Shown here: positions 51,670-64,000 of the stretch, piece after piece | Layout of the letters: each line of letters begins with the position of its first letter | Numbering within the stretch: the stretch's first letter is position 1 | NCBI RefSeq assembly: GCF_001194135.2 | Contig: NC_068995.1 | Location: forward strand, 55,643,170 to 55,707,169 | DNA from: Octopus bimaculoides | Taxonomy: Eukaryota | Length of the DNA stretch: 64,000 nt | Direction: 5' to 3' | Program-made: the position numbers and the translations under genes | Notes under the pieces: model-generated | Database searches by the model: none | Told to the model about the DNA's origin: nothing | The model's input: only the letters and a program-made list of their open reading frames with translations

Positions 51670-51870
51670 GTCGGTGGATATAGTAGAAATAGGAACCAAA
51701 TCTCCCTCAAATCACACTGGAAAGATACGATGGATAAAGTAGTCTTAGACTCATTTTTTGTTTTAATAGTTTTAATAAAAGACGAGATGTTAAAAGGTGG
51801 AATATATTTGGTTATCAAATATGTTCTCCTCTATCGAGACTGACCTGAACAACAACAACAACAACAGCAA
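51670..51870 (+). mobile_element. Interspersed repeat family E with (CAA)n tail
   Basis: TAGAAATAGGAACCAAATCTCCCTCAAATCACAC motif ending in GACCTGAACAACAACAAC. Related copies at about 14985-15135 (-), 35300-35490 (-), 36690-36830, 51040-51200 plus 51535-51615, 58300-58490 and 62040-62190. Confidence 0.65.
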
Positions 51871-52273
51871 CCGTAACAGCAGCAATAAACAAACAACAAT
51901 AACAATCGGAACCACAATCACAGCAACAACCATTCATTGTTCTACACGTGTCATTCCCACACCTGTATATCTAACAGCACAACCTGTCCTAATCAATAAA
52001 TGCAATCAGGACCAATGCAGTAGTTTGGTTGCTTCTGCTTGCGCAACTGCTTATATTGCTGCTGCTGCTGCTGCTGCTGCTGTTGCACTGGTTCCAGAAG
52101 CTGCTGCTGTAGCTGCTGCTGCCACAACTTAAACAACTATTAATATTATTATTGTTATTGTTGTTGTTGTTACTATTGCTATTTTTATTGTTGCACTTCT
52201 AGCTTATGCTGCTGCTGCTCTTGACAGTTGAAGATGCCAAATGCAGAAATTGTTGCTGCGCAGACTGTCAAAA

Positions 52274-52545
52274 CATGCAGGCCTGGCTGTGTGGTTAAAA
52301 AGCTCGCTTTGCAACCACGTGGTCTCGGGTTCAGTCCCATTGCGTGACATCTTGGACAAGTATCTTCTAGAATAGCCCCGAGTCAACTAGTGCCTTATAA
52401 GTGAATTTCGTAGACGGAAACTGTGAGGAAGCCCCTCATATATATATGTGTGTTTGTGCATGTGTATGTTTGTGTGTGTGTTGTCATGTTTGTCTTCCAC
52501 TACCGCTTAACAACCGGTGTTGTTTTGTTTACGTCTAATTTCTTT
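52274..52545 (+). mobile_element. SINE family C, head and middle
   Basis: GCAGGCCTGGCTGTGTGGTTAAAAAGCTCGC...GGGTTCAGTCCC...GTAGACGGAAACTG, internal (GT)n. Weaker + copies lie at about 43370-43525 and 48585-48725. Confidence 0.85.
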
Positions 52546-53697
52546 ACGTATAAAGAAGTAAAATGTAATTTTTGTATATTATAGATGTTAGGTATAGTTG
52601 TGAGTGTGTCAGTATGTCTATGGATGTGTTCGCCTCCGTAGCGATTCTGCCAGCTTGCCCTCTTCGTTCTGATTATAATAATAGCGTCATGAAAAGAAGA
52701 TACATCTTTTCCGCGATTTTCTATAGGAGAGAATTCAGTTTTGTCCTTTTCGTATATTTCTGCAGCAAACTGGATAAATACCACCTCAAAATAAAATTCG
52801 ACAACGTGGAAAGACCGTTCCTTATTAGCAAAGCAAGCCTTTTTTTAGAATAACCTCCTCCTGAAAAAACATAAGCACAGTACCGTACACAAATTACCAG
52901 TTATCTTATTGTGGAATTATTATAACAATCACATGGACCACACACTGAACTCACAAAACCAGAAATGACTAATATAATGGATGCGTTCAATGTTTTTACT
53001 TGATTACATAAAATGCGTTTGTTTGCGGCATGATTGAATAATTGAAAACTAAGTATACATCACATTGAATGAACTCGTAGACTTCGAGATGAATTAAAGT
53101 AACTAAACTACGGTTTTTAAGCATTTCGCTACGAAACTATAAACAGATGTATATACATCTAGATATTCTCTTCGTATGCACACAAAAAAATTAAGGAGAG
53201 TGTTCTGATATGTTTCACAGATCGTTGGCTTTAAGTATTTATTCTTCTGTATGCAAAAAGAGTAATGATGCATTGACACATCTGCTTCAAGTTCCATAGC
53301 GAAAGACATAAAATCAATAGAATACTTTAAATTTATCTTAAGATTATATATATATATATATGATCTTAATGTTCAAATTCCCACGCATCCATGAAATACA
53401 TAACTAGATAAAATACACTGCATTAGCTAACATACATAACTGTACACGAATATGCATGTGTGTGTACCCTGGCCATTACTTAAATTAATATATCATACAC
53501 CCCATTTCGAATTTCCCATGTAGTGAACTAATACTATTATGTGTTTTTCCATTCACTTAGCGTCATATTAGTATCTCTAATCCGCCTTCGGTATTTAACC
53601 ATGCATATATGTGGAGGGAAAATGTCTATGTACGTATATGTATGCATGTAGTGCTAGATGTATATGCGTTATATGTATATAAATAATGATTGCTTAC

Positions 53698-53724
53698 TCA
53701 GGAATTGAATGCCAGCGCTTAGCT
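53698..53724 (-). CDS. Candidate 27-nt microexon (phase 2-2): AKRWHSIPE
   Basis: Acceptor gatttctttgaattcag and donor TGA|gtaagc; frame-compatible with 49932-49807. Confidence 0.3.
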
Positions 53725-54200
53725 CTGAATTCAAAGAAATCAAACCGATAAGAAATAGATCTCCCACGTTTCCCTCTGTCACACTGCAGTCTAGTGTAAG
53801 TAACGTGTTCTGAATATCAAGCGTCTATTCTCAATAGCATAAATAGTTGAGTCATGTATGTTTAAATCACCTGTCCTGATATGCAAAGAATTGCTCACAG
53901 CGCAAAAGAATTAGTTGTCCAATATTTGCGTACAAGCTTTACTATCTAAGAGAATTAGCCACTTAATTGTAGTAAAATGGCTTGAATGCAAGTGCGTGTG
54001 TATATAGCATAGAAAGAATGAGTATACATTCTTATTTCACACATATGCATATACATTGTGTATGTATGTATGTATGTATGTATGTATGTACGTATGTATG
54101 TATGTGTGTATGCATGCATGTATATATATATTGAAGAGGAAAACAAGACTGTGGAAGGGAATTCCAAAGTTCAGAGGTACGAGGGAAGAAACTGGTACTG

Positions 54201-54240
<40 letters not shown>

Positions 54241-54879
54241 TACATACTTTATATATATATGTATATGTATATACATGTGTGTGTGTGTACGTATTATGGT
54301 GTGTCCTAACCTTTCTTGCAATCTCACAATCTGAACCTAGCGATAATACCTTCCTATGTATTCTCCTGGTTTTGTCTTCCTAAAACTGGAAGCTATTTTC
54401 TATTTCTAAACCTTCTCGTAACATTGCTTTTCTGAATCCTTGCAAACTAAATGCTATATTCAGTCTTTTGGAAGACAAAAAACAATAGGCAGGCAAAGGG
54501 TTAAGATGTAGTTATGAGTAAAAAAGATTTGCATAGATAGTCAGAGGAACATTAAATACCAATTTTAGATGGAAAATATGATTTACAAGAATATACTATC
54601 GCATATTCTTTACATTATAAAACGTAGTCGTGAATTTATAGCAAATATTTACATATGCATGTGTACATGTCTGTATGTGTGTGCATCCGTGTCTGTGCAC
54701 ATGCAAGTGTATGTAACAAAAGAGAGAAAGGGAAAAATGAGGGCAGGATTGGGAACATGGTATCAATATGTAAATATATACATATATATAAATATATATA
54801 CACACCAATAGACATTAGTCTGTCGCCAGCAATCTGTTGTGTTGATATGATGGAAATGTTTATATATATATATATATAT

Positions 54880-54955
<76 letters not shown>

Positions 54956-55072
54956 GAGAAGATCGCTTGATTACACATATACACGAGTGTTTGTGACTGG
55001 TGTATGCGACTGAATTGTTTGTGTTGTGTGTGTGCATACATGCATTTAAATATTCCAAACACTCACGTACAC

Positions 55073-55108
55073 AAAACTCTACCACACATAAGTGTGTGGT
55101 AGAGTTTT
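55073..55108. repeat. Perfect 16-bp hairpin
   Basis: AAAACTCTACCACACA-TAAG-TGTGTGGTAGAGTTTT. Confidence 0.95.
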
Positions 55109-55313
55109 TACCATTGTTTCTCTATATACATGAATCTACGTATGAATATATGTATGTATGTATGTGTGTGTGTATGTAGAGACATTCAGGGGAAAACGCA
55201 TTTAGAAAAGCAATCTTTTCTTTATTAATTGGATATTCTTTCAATAAACGAATTTAGAGTTTTGTCATGCATACATAAACATATATGTATGTATGTACAT
55301 GCATACATACATG

Positions 55314-55365
<52 letters not shown>

Positions 55366-56407
55366 NNNNNNNNNNNNNNNNNNNNNNNNNNNNNNNNNNN
55401 NNNNNNNNNNNNNNNNNNNNNNNNNNNNNNNNNNNNNNNNNNNNNNNNNNNNNNNNNNNNNNNNNNNNNNNNNNNNNNNNNNNNNNNNNNNNNNNNNNNN
55501 NNNNNNNNNNNNNNNNNNNNNNNNNNNNNNNNNNNNNNNNNNNNNNNNNNNNNNNNNNNNNNNNNNNNNNNNNNNNNNNNNNNNNNNNNNNNNNNNNNNN
55601 NNNNNNNNNNNNNNNNNNNNNNNNNNNNNNNNNNNNNNNNNNNNNNNNNNNNNNATGTTGAGCTCAAGTAGGACAGTTTTATCTCAAAGGATGTTGGCAA
55701 TTGTTTTATACTGGTTCCAATTAATTTCTTTCTCGCGCTATTTTTTGTTGCATGTCATTTTCTGCATTCGCTGAGCTTACAGATCCATTATTATACATTG
55801 ATTTCGTTTTGACTAATTGTAGTGCTTTTGTTTTGAAGAGGAAAAAATATAGTTGTGCGAATTGACTGCAGTACACAACTGGTATTTATTTTATTGTTCC
55901 CGTATTTGGATTAAGAAGCAATATCTATCACGAGAGAATTTGCACTTAAAGAGGCTAAGATAGATGACACACACATCCCCTCTACTATATTCTCAAGGCT
56001 TGGAGTTTTGTGGGGTTGGCTAGTGGTTGTCAGTCAGTGAGTTGAGCAAGGCTGTAGTGCAAGTAAAAAGCAAGACGGTTGTTTATATCAGTGAAGTGAG
56101 AGAATTGTAGACAGAAAATAAGTTGATGTTCTTTGTGTAACCTGGAGGCGGTTTATCCAAGGTAAAATGACACAGCATACAGAGAGTGGTAGGTAACTAT
56201 GCCAAGGAGAATTAAAACGCTGGACAATGGATTGAAGGTGGGGGCAGTATAATTCAGTGGAAGGAAAAGTTCTCGGAATAGCCCTCTGAATCGATCTGTC
56301 AGTCATCGACCTTATTTTTTCAGTATGTCACTTACTGCGTAGAAGGTATTTTACGCAGTAAAAGTGTGCGCGTGTGTGTGTGTGTGTGTGTGTGTGTNNN
56401 NNNNNNN

Positions 56408-56463
<56 letters not shown>

Positions 56464-57870
56464 CGCGTGCGTACGTGTAGTACAAGTGAAGAAGTCACTG
56501 AGGGGAACAGACAGGTCAGTCTGTGTCGGGAGGTGATATTTTGTATGAAGGGAGAGATGTTGCAATGGGTGTGGTGTGGATCAGAGACATTCCGAGAAAG
56601 TATGGGAGAAATGGCAGGATCAGATAAATAGAGAGGGAAATGCAGTCGCATGGAGGACTAAACAGGAAAGTTTGTCCGATGGTAGGTGAGAGGAAAGAGA
56701 AGGTAAGATAAAGTATCTGTCATGTACTGTGATCGGTGTAATATTGCTCGGGATTCTTCTGACGATATAATTACATGAACAAATTGAAAAGACGTCAACG
56801 CTTGGGTTAAATTGAAAAAGCGTATATCTTAGGTCAGCTCACTTTATATCTCATTACTCAGAGTTTCATACTCGGAAGTAATCTTCAGATGAAGATATTT
56901 ACTGATGAGAGCTCCAGTACAGCCGGATGTTTTACATATTTCTATATGTATGTACGTATTTTTGTATGTCTGTGGTACATATATATGTGTGTGTGTGCGC
57001 GCGCGGGGGGTGTACAAATATATGTGTATATATATGTATATAAATATATGTATATAAATATATGCATATAAATACATATATATATATATGCATATACATA
57101 TCTATATACATACATGTATATACATAGGAATTTACATATACGTATATATTCATACACATACATATGTATGTATGGATGTATGTATGCATGTGTGTATGTG
57201 TGTATGTATGCGCGTGTGTATGTATGATGTATGCACACTTTTGTTGGTGTATATTTAAACATGCATACATTAGACTATTCTCTTTCATTGAAAGCTATAT
57301 TAAAAGATGTCTTCTCTCCACCCACTGAAGAGTAAGATGGCGTGTTGCCAGTACGGCTAACAAGTAGCCAATGGCAGTCGTGTGATGAAATCAATTACTG
57401 GACAAGTGCCGGAAACACAGGAATTACTGGGGACAGACAAACTGGAATGTATGTAGACATCGAATTGATCGGACTCTTGCAATTCGGAGATGTATTTTTG
57501 GACAGATCAACAAATAGCGTGAATGGACATTAGCAAAAGATCACTTATTGAGAGGACACTGTTATTAACTTGGGATGATAAATGCAGAGAAAGAGTATGA
57601 ATGAGTGAGTGAGTGAGTGAGTGAGTGAGTGAGTTTGAGTGAGTGAGTTTGAGTGAGTGAGTGAGTGAGTGGGTGGGTGTGAGGTAGAGCAAGTGAGTTG
57701 ATGAATTCATGTTTGGTATAAAAAAAAATTGATGGATGTTGTTTAAGGTTAAATATAACAACCTGTTACTATAATTCTTTACTGGAATTTTCAATCGAAT
57801 TAAAAAGACTCGGAGATTATTGCAGCCATTATTAATCCACAATGGTTCGTGAAATATGTGTCTCTGTGTG

Positions 57871-57945
<75 letters not shown>

Positions 57946-58060
57946 ATGTGTGTGTGCCTGCGTGTCTGCTTGTGCGTTGAGAGTAGAGATGTGTTGGACG
58001 CTGTGGAAAATCTTGTCTGTTGGAATGCAATATATGATTGACATATTGTTCAAAAAAATC

Positions 58061-58262
58061 TCCTTTCCTACTAAAAGTACAAGGTCTGGAAATTGTGGAG
58101 AGGGGCTGATCGATTACATCGACCTCTGTACATGACTAGACTGTAACTTATTTTATCGACCCTAATAGGGTGAAATGCAAAGTCGACTTCCGCAGCATCT
58201 GAACTCAGGATGTTGAGCCGGAAAAATGTCACTAAGTATTTTGTCCGGCGCGCTAAGATGCC
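58061..58262 (-). mobile_element. SINE family A copy
   Basis: TTTTATCGACCCTAATAGGGTGAAATGCAAAGTCGAC...GAACTCAG. Confidence 0.75.
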
Positions 58263-58737
58263 TTAATATAGTTCAAAATATTTGTAAACGATCCAGCAAG
58301 GGAACTTCCCAGTGTTCGCTCGACTTGTTAGACACGGCAGTGAAATTCCCCTTAAACGATACCCTTATTCACTTAAATTTAAAATACATTGCATAGTGTT
58401 GTCCAAGATACACGGAACATGCAAATTAAGCTAGGATTATCATGGACTGATTGCATCTATAAAGCCTGGCCTGGGGTTAAAGTACAACAAAAATTGTGAA
58501 TAGTTTGGGATTTTAATCATTTATTTTCGACTGTTTATCGTGTAGAGTTGACGAGTCTGGGAAGTTAAAATCGAATTGAATGTCTGTATAAATTATGTCA
58601 GGGAATGTGGGTCGCTCTCAGTAATTAAGGAGCTGGTTTAATTTCCTGCCAGGTTTTACCCTTGGAAACTGAGTTCATTTTTTGCTGCTGGTACTATTTA
58701 TGTTTGTTAGTGTTGCTTTTTTTTCGATTAACTAGCA

Positions 58738-58740
<3 letters not shown>

Positions 58741-58823
<83 letters not shown>
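58741..58823. repeat. (CT)n microsatellite
   Basis: Direct reading. Other (CT)n runs at about 8732-8840, 12795-12836, 16867-16895 and 57876-57940. Confidence 0.98.
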
Positions 58824-58826
<3 letters not shown>

Positions 58827-59176
58827 GTGTGACGGGAAAAGTGGCACTGTCAGGCTTAGACACATTTTCTATCCAGCAGTAAATTGCTAGTTCAGTTGGT
58901 GAAATTCGAGTTATTAATGGCGGACTGTCAACCTCGAACGATTGTACGAATGATTTGTATCGCTCAAATTCTGGCTTACATTTTTAATACGTAGTTTTTC
59001 TTTTAGTTTTGCACTTTTGACAGTTAAGAAGACAAGAGGTAAGCGATCCTTAAAAGAGTCTTAAGAAGGACAAAACTAATTCGTTCTATCCTAACAGTAA
59101 ACTACCGAAAGAGTTGTGACTTAATCACGTGTCTGACTTCCACAGTCAGATTAAACGTATGATTATTTAGCTTTGA

Positions 59177-59207
<31 letters not shown>

Positions 59208-59803
59208 TAGCATCCAACAGTGTATCTGGAATACACGTACTCGAAACAGTAAAACAATGAAACAAAATTAGAGTCTAGATTCTGTTATATTTAGAACTTT
59301 GTCCACACAACCTAACCAACAACCTATCCTCAAACATGAAAAGGAAGTTATCTCGTAGACCAGGATGTGGATGAACGAGCGTACCTATAACAACGTATTT
59401 CCTTTGAGAATATAGAGATCTTTTGTGTCTAAAAGTTCTCGATTAAAGCATATAAGCAACGTCTTAAATAACTAACTAGTGTCTCTTTATTACTAAACCA
59501 GTTTCTACCTGTCTGAGTGGAAATCAATTCTTTCCTGGCGTTCTTACAAAAACAGTAGACGAAGATATCTTGATAAAACTGCTTCTGCATTTAACATTAT
59601 TCAAAACCATATTTTTCTAGAAAGAAATCAACAAGGACACCATGGAATATTATTTCAAATGTTGTGTTTGTTTGTTGACTATATATCTTTTAAACACGCA
59701 CGTAAAATGTCCGTAATGCGAATTATAGATAATAGCGGTTTCTGCTAATTGCGTTTATATTTAACCAGTTATTAAATATGCTAAACTAGTTATGAATAAG
59801 TAC

Positions 59804-59806
<3 letters not shown>

Positions 59807-59886
<80 letters not shown>
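59807..59886. repeat. (GT)n microsatellite
   Basis: Direct reading. Dozens of (CA/GT)n, (TA)n and (TACA)n runs occur throughout, e.g. 4074-4118, 6960-7032, 9820-10070, 15577-15985, 46525-46812, 54880-54954, 61617-61941. Confidence 0.98.
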
Positions 59887-59888
<2 letters not shown>

Positions 59889-60006
59889 TATATATTCTAA
59901 GCGAAGTGTCGCAGTGACCTAACTGGTAAAAGGTCACAATGTCTGGAACAGCCGGTTGAAATGTCGGCCCCTAATTCATCCCGTTCTTTATATACTACTA
60001 CTAGTG

Positions 60007-60057
<51 letters not shown>

Positions 60058-60060
60058 TCA

Positions 60061-60200
60061 AGGCGGCAAGCTGGCAGAATCGTTACCGTGTCGGATAAAA
60101 TGCTTAACGGTATTTCGTCCGTCTTTATATTCTGAGTGCAAATTCCACCGAGGCTGACCCCTTTTGAGATCGATATAATAAGTACCAGTTGACTGGATTC
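60061..60200 (+). mobile_element. SINE family A copy following a (TAG)n run
   Basis: GGCGGCAAGCTGGCAGAATCGTT head. Further minus-strand fragments lie at about 60490-60720, 63270-63365 and 63620-63780. Confidence 0.8.
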
Positions 60201-61612
60201 TCTTGAGTTCCTTTGTCCTTTGCCAAGTTTTGTTTTTTTATCCCGCGGTCTGTTCAAAAGATCGGTCTCCTCAGTGGGGTTGCCGGTTTTGTCGTCGAAG
60301 TGGAGTCTTCGAGGTAAGGCGGTCTATATAAACCTTCACGGAATCTCTGAGATTAATTGAAAGGAAGATGCCTTCAACCTGGAGACTTAGCCCGAATGAT
60401 TGCGACAGAGTGGCTCCCATAAAAGGTACCTAAATTACAAAAGGGTCGTGTTAGAGTGGGTGATCGATTAAGCTTACCACTAAAGTAGGCCACGGCGAGA
60501 TTTGAACTGACAAGATCGCGCAAAACGCCCGAACCAATACAGTAAAGCATTCTGTCTGGTTTTCTTACAGTTCCACTAATCCACGACTCTGGATCGCTAC
60601 TTCTTTTTATCGAACCGAAAAGAATGAAAGACTAATTTGACCTCGGTGGTATTTGAACTCAAAGCACTGCGATGTATTCTATCCGACACTCTAACAATTC
60701 CGCAAATTCGTTGCCTACACTATCGACATTAGACAATTTCCTCGGAAAAGATTAATAAACATTCCCCATTTTAGTCTACAAAGCTTAACATTGAGACTCG
60801 TAGATTTATGCAAAATGAATATTATAGTGTCGCAGCATCAATGTCATTCGTTCGATTGATTACAAATTTGATTTGAAACTACCGAGTAGTGAGCTTCGGC
60901 GTCTTTGCGGCATTTATTCCGATACAGGCTCGAAAACTGCGACTCACGTGGATGGGGAAATAGGCAGTTATGACAATCGTGCCCTTCCCAACGGCAATAC
61001 GAACGTAATTCAATCAAAAATGATTATAACCAGAAATGAAAGCTGATTTGCTATTCCGCAAGCCGGGAGACTACTTTCAAACTATTTGCAAGCCTTTAAT
61101 TTAACTCTTTGAAGTCAAAATGATCCGCTTTGAGCAGATGGTTATAAGCACTTCAGTTGATTTAATAAAGATTTCATCCATCCTGATTGAAACAATATTC
61201 TCGTGTACGTTAGAAAAAAAAATGAAAGGTTTATTGTTATCTCTCGGCATATCGTTCATAGAAAGAGCAGCTTCATACACATTGTTGAAAACTGTATTTA
61301 GACGATGTATATAAAGAAAAAAGAAGTTATTTTCAATTCTCTGAATGGATTCTCGCATCTGAATTTTCTTATTTAGAGATTTACGATTTACTTTCTTTCA
61401 CACGTTATATTTTATTTTCAACCTTTCTCCACCTCGGAATGTTGATCGTTTTCGTGTACCGTTGATTACTTGAAACAGGATAGTCGTCAGATTACGACTA
61501 TGGTAACCATTGTGTCTATCATCATCATCATCGTCGTCGTCGTCGTCATTGTTGGTTACTGTTATCGTTAATTCCTTGCCTTTTGCTTTGATTCTGCTCT
61601 GTTTTTGCTGCT

Positions 61613-61693
<81 letters not shown>

Positions 61694-61901
61694 NNNNNNN
61701 NNNNNNNNNNNNNNNNNNNNNNNNNNNNNNNNNNNNNNNNNNNNNNNNNNNNNNNNNNNNNNNNNNNNNNNNNNNNNNNNNNNNNNNNNNNNNNNNNNNN
61801 NNNNNNNNNNNNNNNNNNNNNNNNNNNNNNNNNNNNNNNNNNNNNNNNNNNNNNNNNNNNNNNNNNNNNNNNNNNNNNNNNNNNNNNNNNNNNNNNNNNN
61901 N

Positions 61902-61943
<42 letters not shown>

Positions 61944-62894
61944 CTTCCTTTTAGTTTTTTTTTTCCTTTGGGATGTAATAACTTTTGCAGGTGTCTTAAA
62001 ACGTGATCCAAGGTGGAAACAATGACGATGTCTCTAGGCGGTGGCTCACACTGCTAGATATAACAGTCAAATCTGCTTCAAATCACACACTATGGTATAA
62101 ATTCCCCGCTTCTACAATTCCTGAACCAAGACAAATAGGTAACAATTTGATTGCAAGTCTACTTTGTCCCGGTCTTGCTTATGCCCACACAACAACAATA
62201 GCTACAGCAACAGCAGCAGCAGCAGTAGCAGCAGTAGTGGTAGCAGTAAGCAACAGTAACGCGATTTAGTAAACAGCAATAGTCTCTTCAACGGAGCATT
62301 CAGCCTTTTTTCTCTCCGAAATATTTTCATAAGTTTGGTCTGATATCCATGCTTATTTTCAAACTAAAAGTTAATCCTAGTTTCCTAAGCTCTGAATGAC
62401 ATAAAGCTCTTCTCTCTTTAGTCCCAAGTCACTCTGGTGGTTTAAAAAAAGATGGTAATCTGTGTTATATGTGTCACATGAACGCCGGAGAAATGTATCC
62501 TACGCATCGCATAGACCGGGACAGACAAACAGTTCGGTATTCAGAAAGTAACTAGATTAAAATATAATAATTAAGTTAATTGGAAATATACAATAAGCAA
62601 AAGTCATTTGAAAATAGTTATGCGGTGAGGAAAAGACATACATTAGTTCAATGACTAAATTTATTTCGATGAATTCGACAAGAAAGGATAACATTTCTGG
62701 ACATGTTTCGCTGTAACTAGACCACTTCATTGATCTAATGTTGCCTTTTCCTTACCATATAATTAATTTTTATTAGCTTTTAATACTCATGACATGTAAA
62801 ACACTATTTAAGTATTATTTTTCACGAAGATGGCGTGGCTTTTTGCTTCTTTTTTTTTTAATATCATGCGGTGGTTTATTGATTAAAATACAGT

Positions 62895-63170
62895 TTTACT
62901 TGTTTCAGGCCTGGCTATTCCCGGAGTTGCGACTTGTTGTGCTCCGGAAAGAGCGGCAGTACGAGCAGCCATTGTCTTAACAGTTGCAGCTGTTGTGTCT
63001 GCTCCTACAGCTGTCAGTCACCTTCTCTTTTCTTCTCTTCAGCCTCTTCTGTCAAGCAGAAGACCTTTAAATGGTCCTTACTACCGCATGTGTAGCGACT
63101 GGGCCTTCTATCATACCTCACCAATCCGTTAGACTTTCTCCTCCCTCACGGGCAAAACTCTAGGATTAGC
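62895..63170 (-). mobile_element. Degenerate retroelement ORF1/gag fragment with CCHC zinc knuckle
   Basis: Minus strand reads RRPSRYTCGSKDHLKVFCLTEEAEEKK (knuckle at 63097-63056), i.e. [R for C]-x2-C-x4-H-x4-C. It is preceded by LV/MIEG in a shifted frame and followed by an Ala/Thr-rich linker. Resembles non-LTR ORF1 C-termini (inference). Confidence 0.5.
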
Positions 63171-64000
63171 TTGTGGTCTTTGGGGATCATTAGGAACTAA
63201 ATAACTATGTGTGCTCCAACCAACTACCTTCACACTCAGTACTTTATTTTATTAAACATGAAAGGATTATAGACAAAATCGATTCGGAGGTTTTTAATTC
63301 AGAACGCAAAGAAATGCCGCTTAGAATTTTATGTGGCGTGCAAATGATGTTGCTAGCTCACTGTCTTAACCCCAAATAATAATAGAGATATCTTGCACAG
63401 GGCCACAAATTTATGAAGGACTGGCTGATCAGTAATCAGACCTGAGTACGTGTCTGGGACTTTAGTTTTGTAGATTGTCCAAGTTAAATAAATTGACCGT
63501 GAATATAGTACTTGGCCTTACTAAGATATGAACTGCCGAACCCCTGATTTATTTTCCAGTAACCCATCATTATGAAGAGCTATTTCTAGCACAATCATTC
63601 ACAATGACACAAATTTGAAAATAGAGACCCAAGTACTTGACCGGCTCTTATTTTACCCACACCAGAAAGCTAATAGTCACGATCAACCTCGATAAGATTT
63701 GAACTCAAACTATGAAGGTCCTGTATCTGAATACCGTAAAGCATTGTGTTCGACGCTTTACCGATTCTGCCAATCCACTTAATATTAATAATATAGCAAA
63801 CGCTGCGATATTAATATTTATATCGCCTATGTTTCTAATATTTATTCTACTTCCCCTACAACAGAGTTCTAATTTAAACAGCACCAACTCCAAATTTGCA
63901 GCAATGCAGTCAATTCACTGTTTATAGATGCCCTCAGCCAGATTTAATCAAACAGAAAGTCCTATCCGTCAAGCAGACGATTAATCGATAGATATCGTCC

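Larger units (their letters stand above)
1130..61901. other. 15 assembly gaps (N runs)
   Basis: 1130-1636, 4206-4645, 8780-8789, 11310-11412, 15214-15576, 17242-17251, 20054-20218, 22415-23157, 23764-24739, 30033-30967, 38953-39337, 41545-41876, 55366-55654, 56398-56407, 61694-61901. Most are bordered by microsatellites, and exons could be hidden inside. Confidence 0.99.

Noticed and set aside
56897-56930. CTGATGA motif resembling a hammerhead core
   Set aside because: No downstream GAAA or GUC, so the junction cannot form.
793-62025. Long ORFs in the supplied track (YIYI, CVCV, HTHT, LSLS, X-runs)
   Set aside because: They are translations of microsatellites and N-gaps, not genes.

Overview
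AT-rich, repeat-dense eukaryotic scaffold DNA with 15 N-gaps, most flanked by microsatellites. The SINE families and extreme (CA)n/(TA)n/(TACA)n/(AGAT)n load look like an octopus (coleoid cephalopod) draft genome; this is recognition from memory, not a database result. Almost all ORFs in the supplied track are microsatellite or N-gap artefacts. The only clearly recognisable protein sequences are decayed retroelements: a CR1/L2-type reverse transcriptase C-terminus (44093-44542 +), an RTE ORF2 C-terminus (28790-29330 -) and a probable ORF1/gag zinc knuckle (about 63056-63097 -). At least four recurring SINE-like families (labelled A, C, D, E here) and several MITEs fill much of the rest; two MITEs have clear TIRs plus target-site duplications. 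Host-gene signals rest on splice sites and phase only. They are: the last two exons of a + strand gene (42009-42050, 43120-43157, then AATAAA); a convergent - strand gene end (49932-49807, 47324-47051, possibly with microexons); and a - strand start-codon exon with an Initiator-like motif at about 38483-38465. No gene could be named. There are no rRNA genes, bona fide tRNA genes, CRISPR arrays or operons. The most interesting unexplained structures are a head-to-head pair of degenerate hammerhead-ribozyme-like motifs (32751-32838), a recursive-splice-site-like YAG|GTAAGT junction (12662/12663 -), and several long fold-back hairpins.
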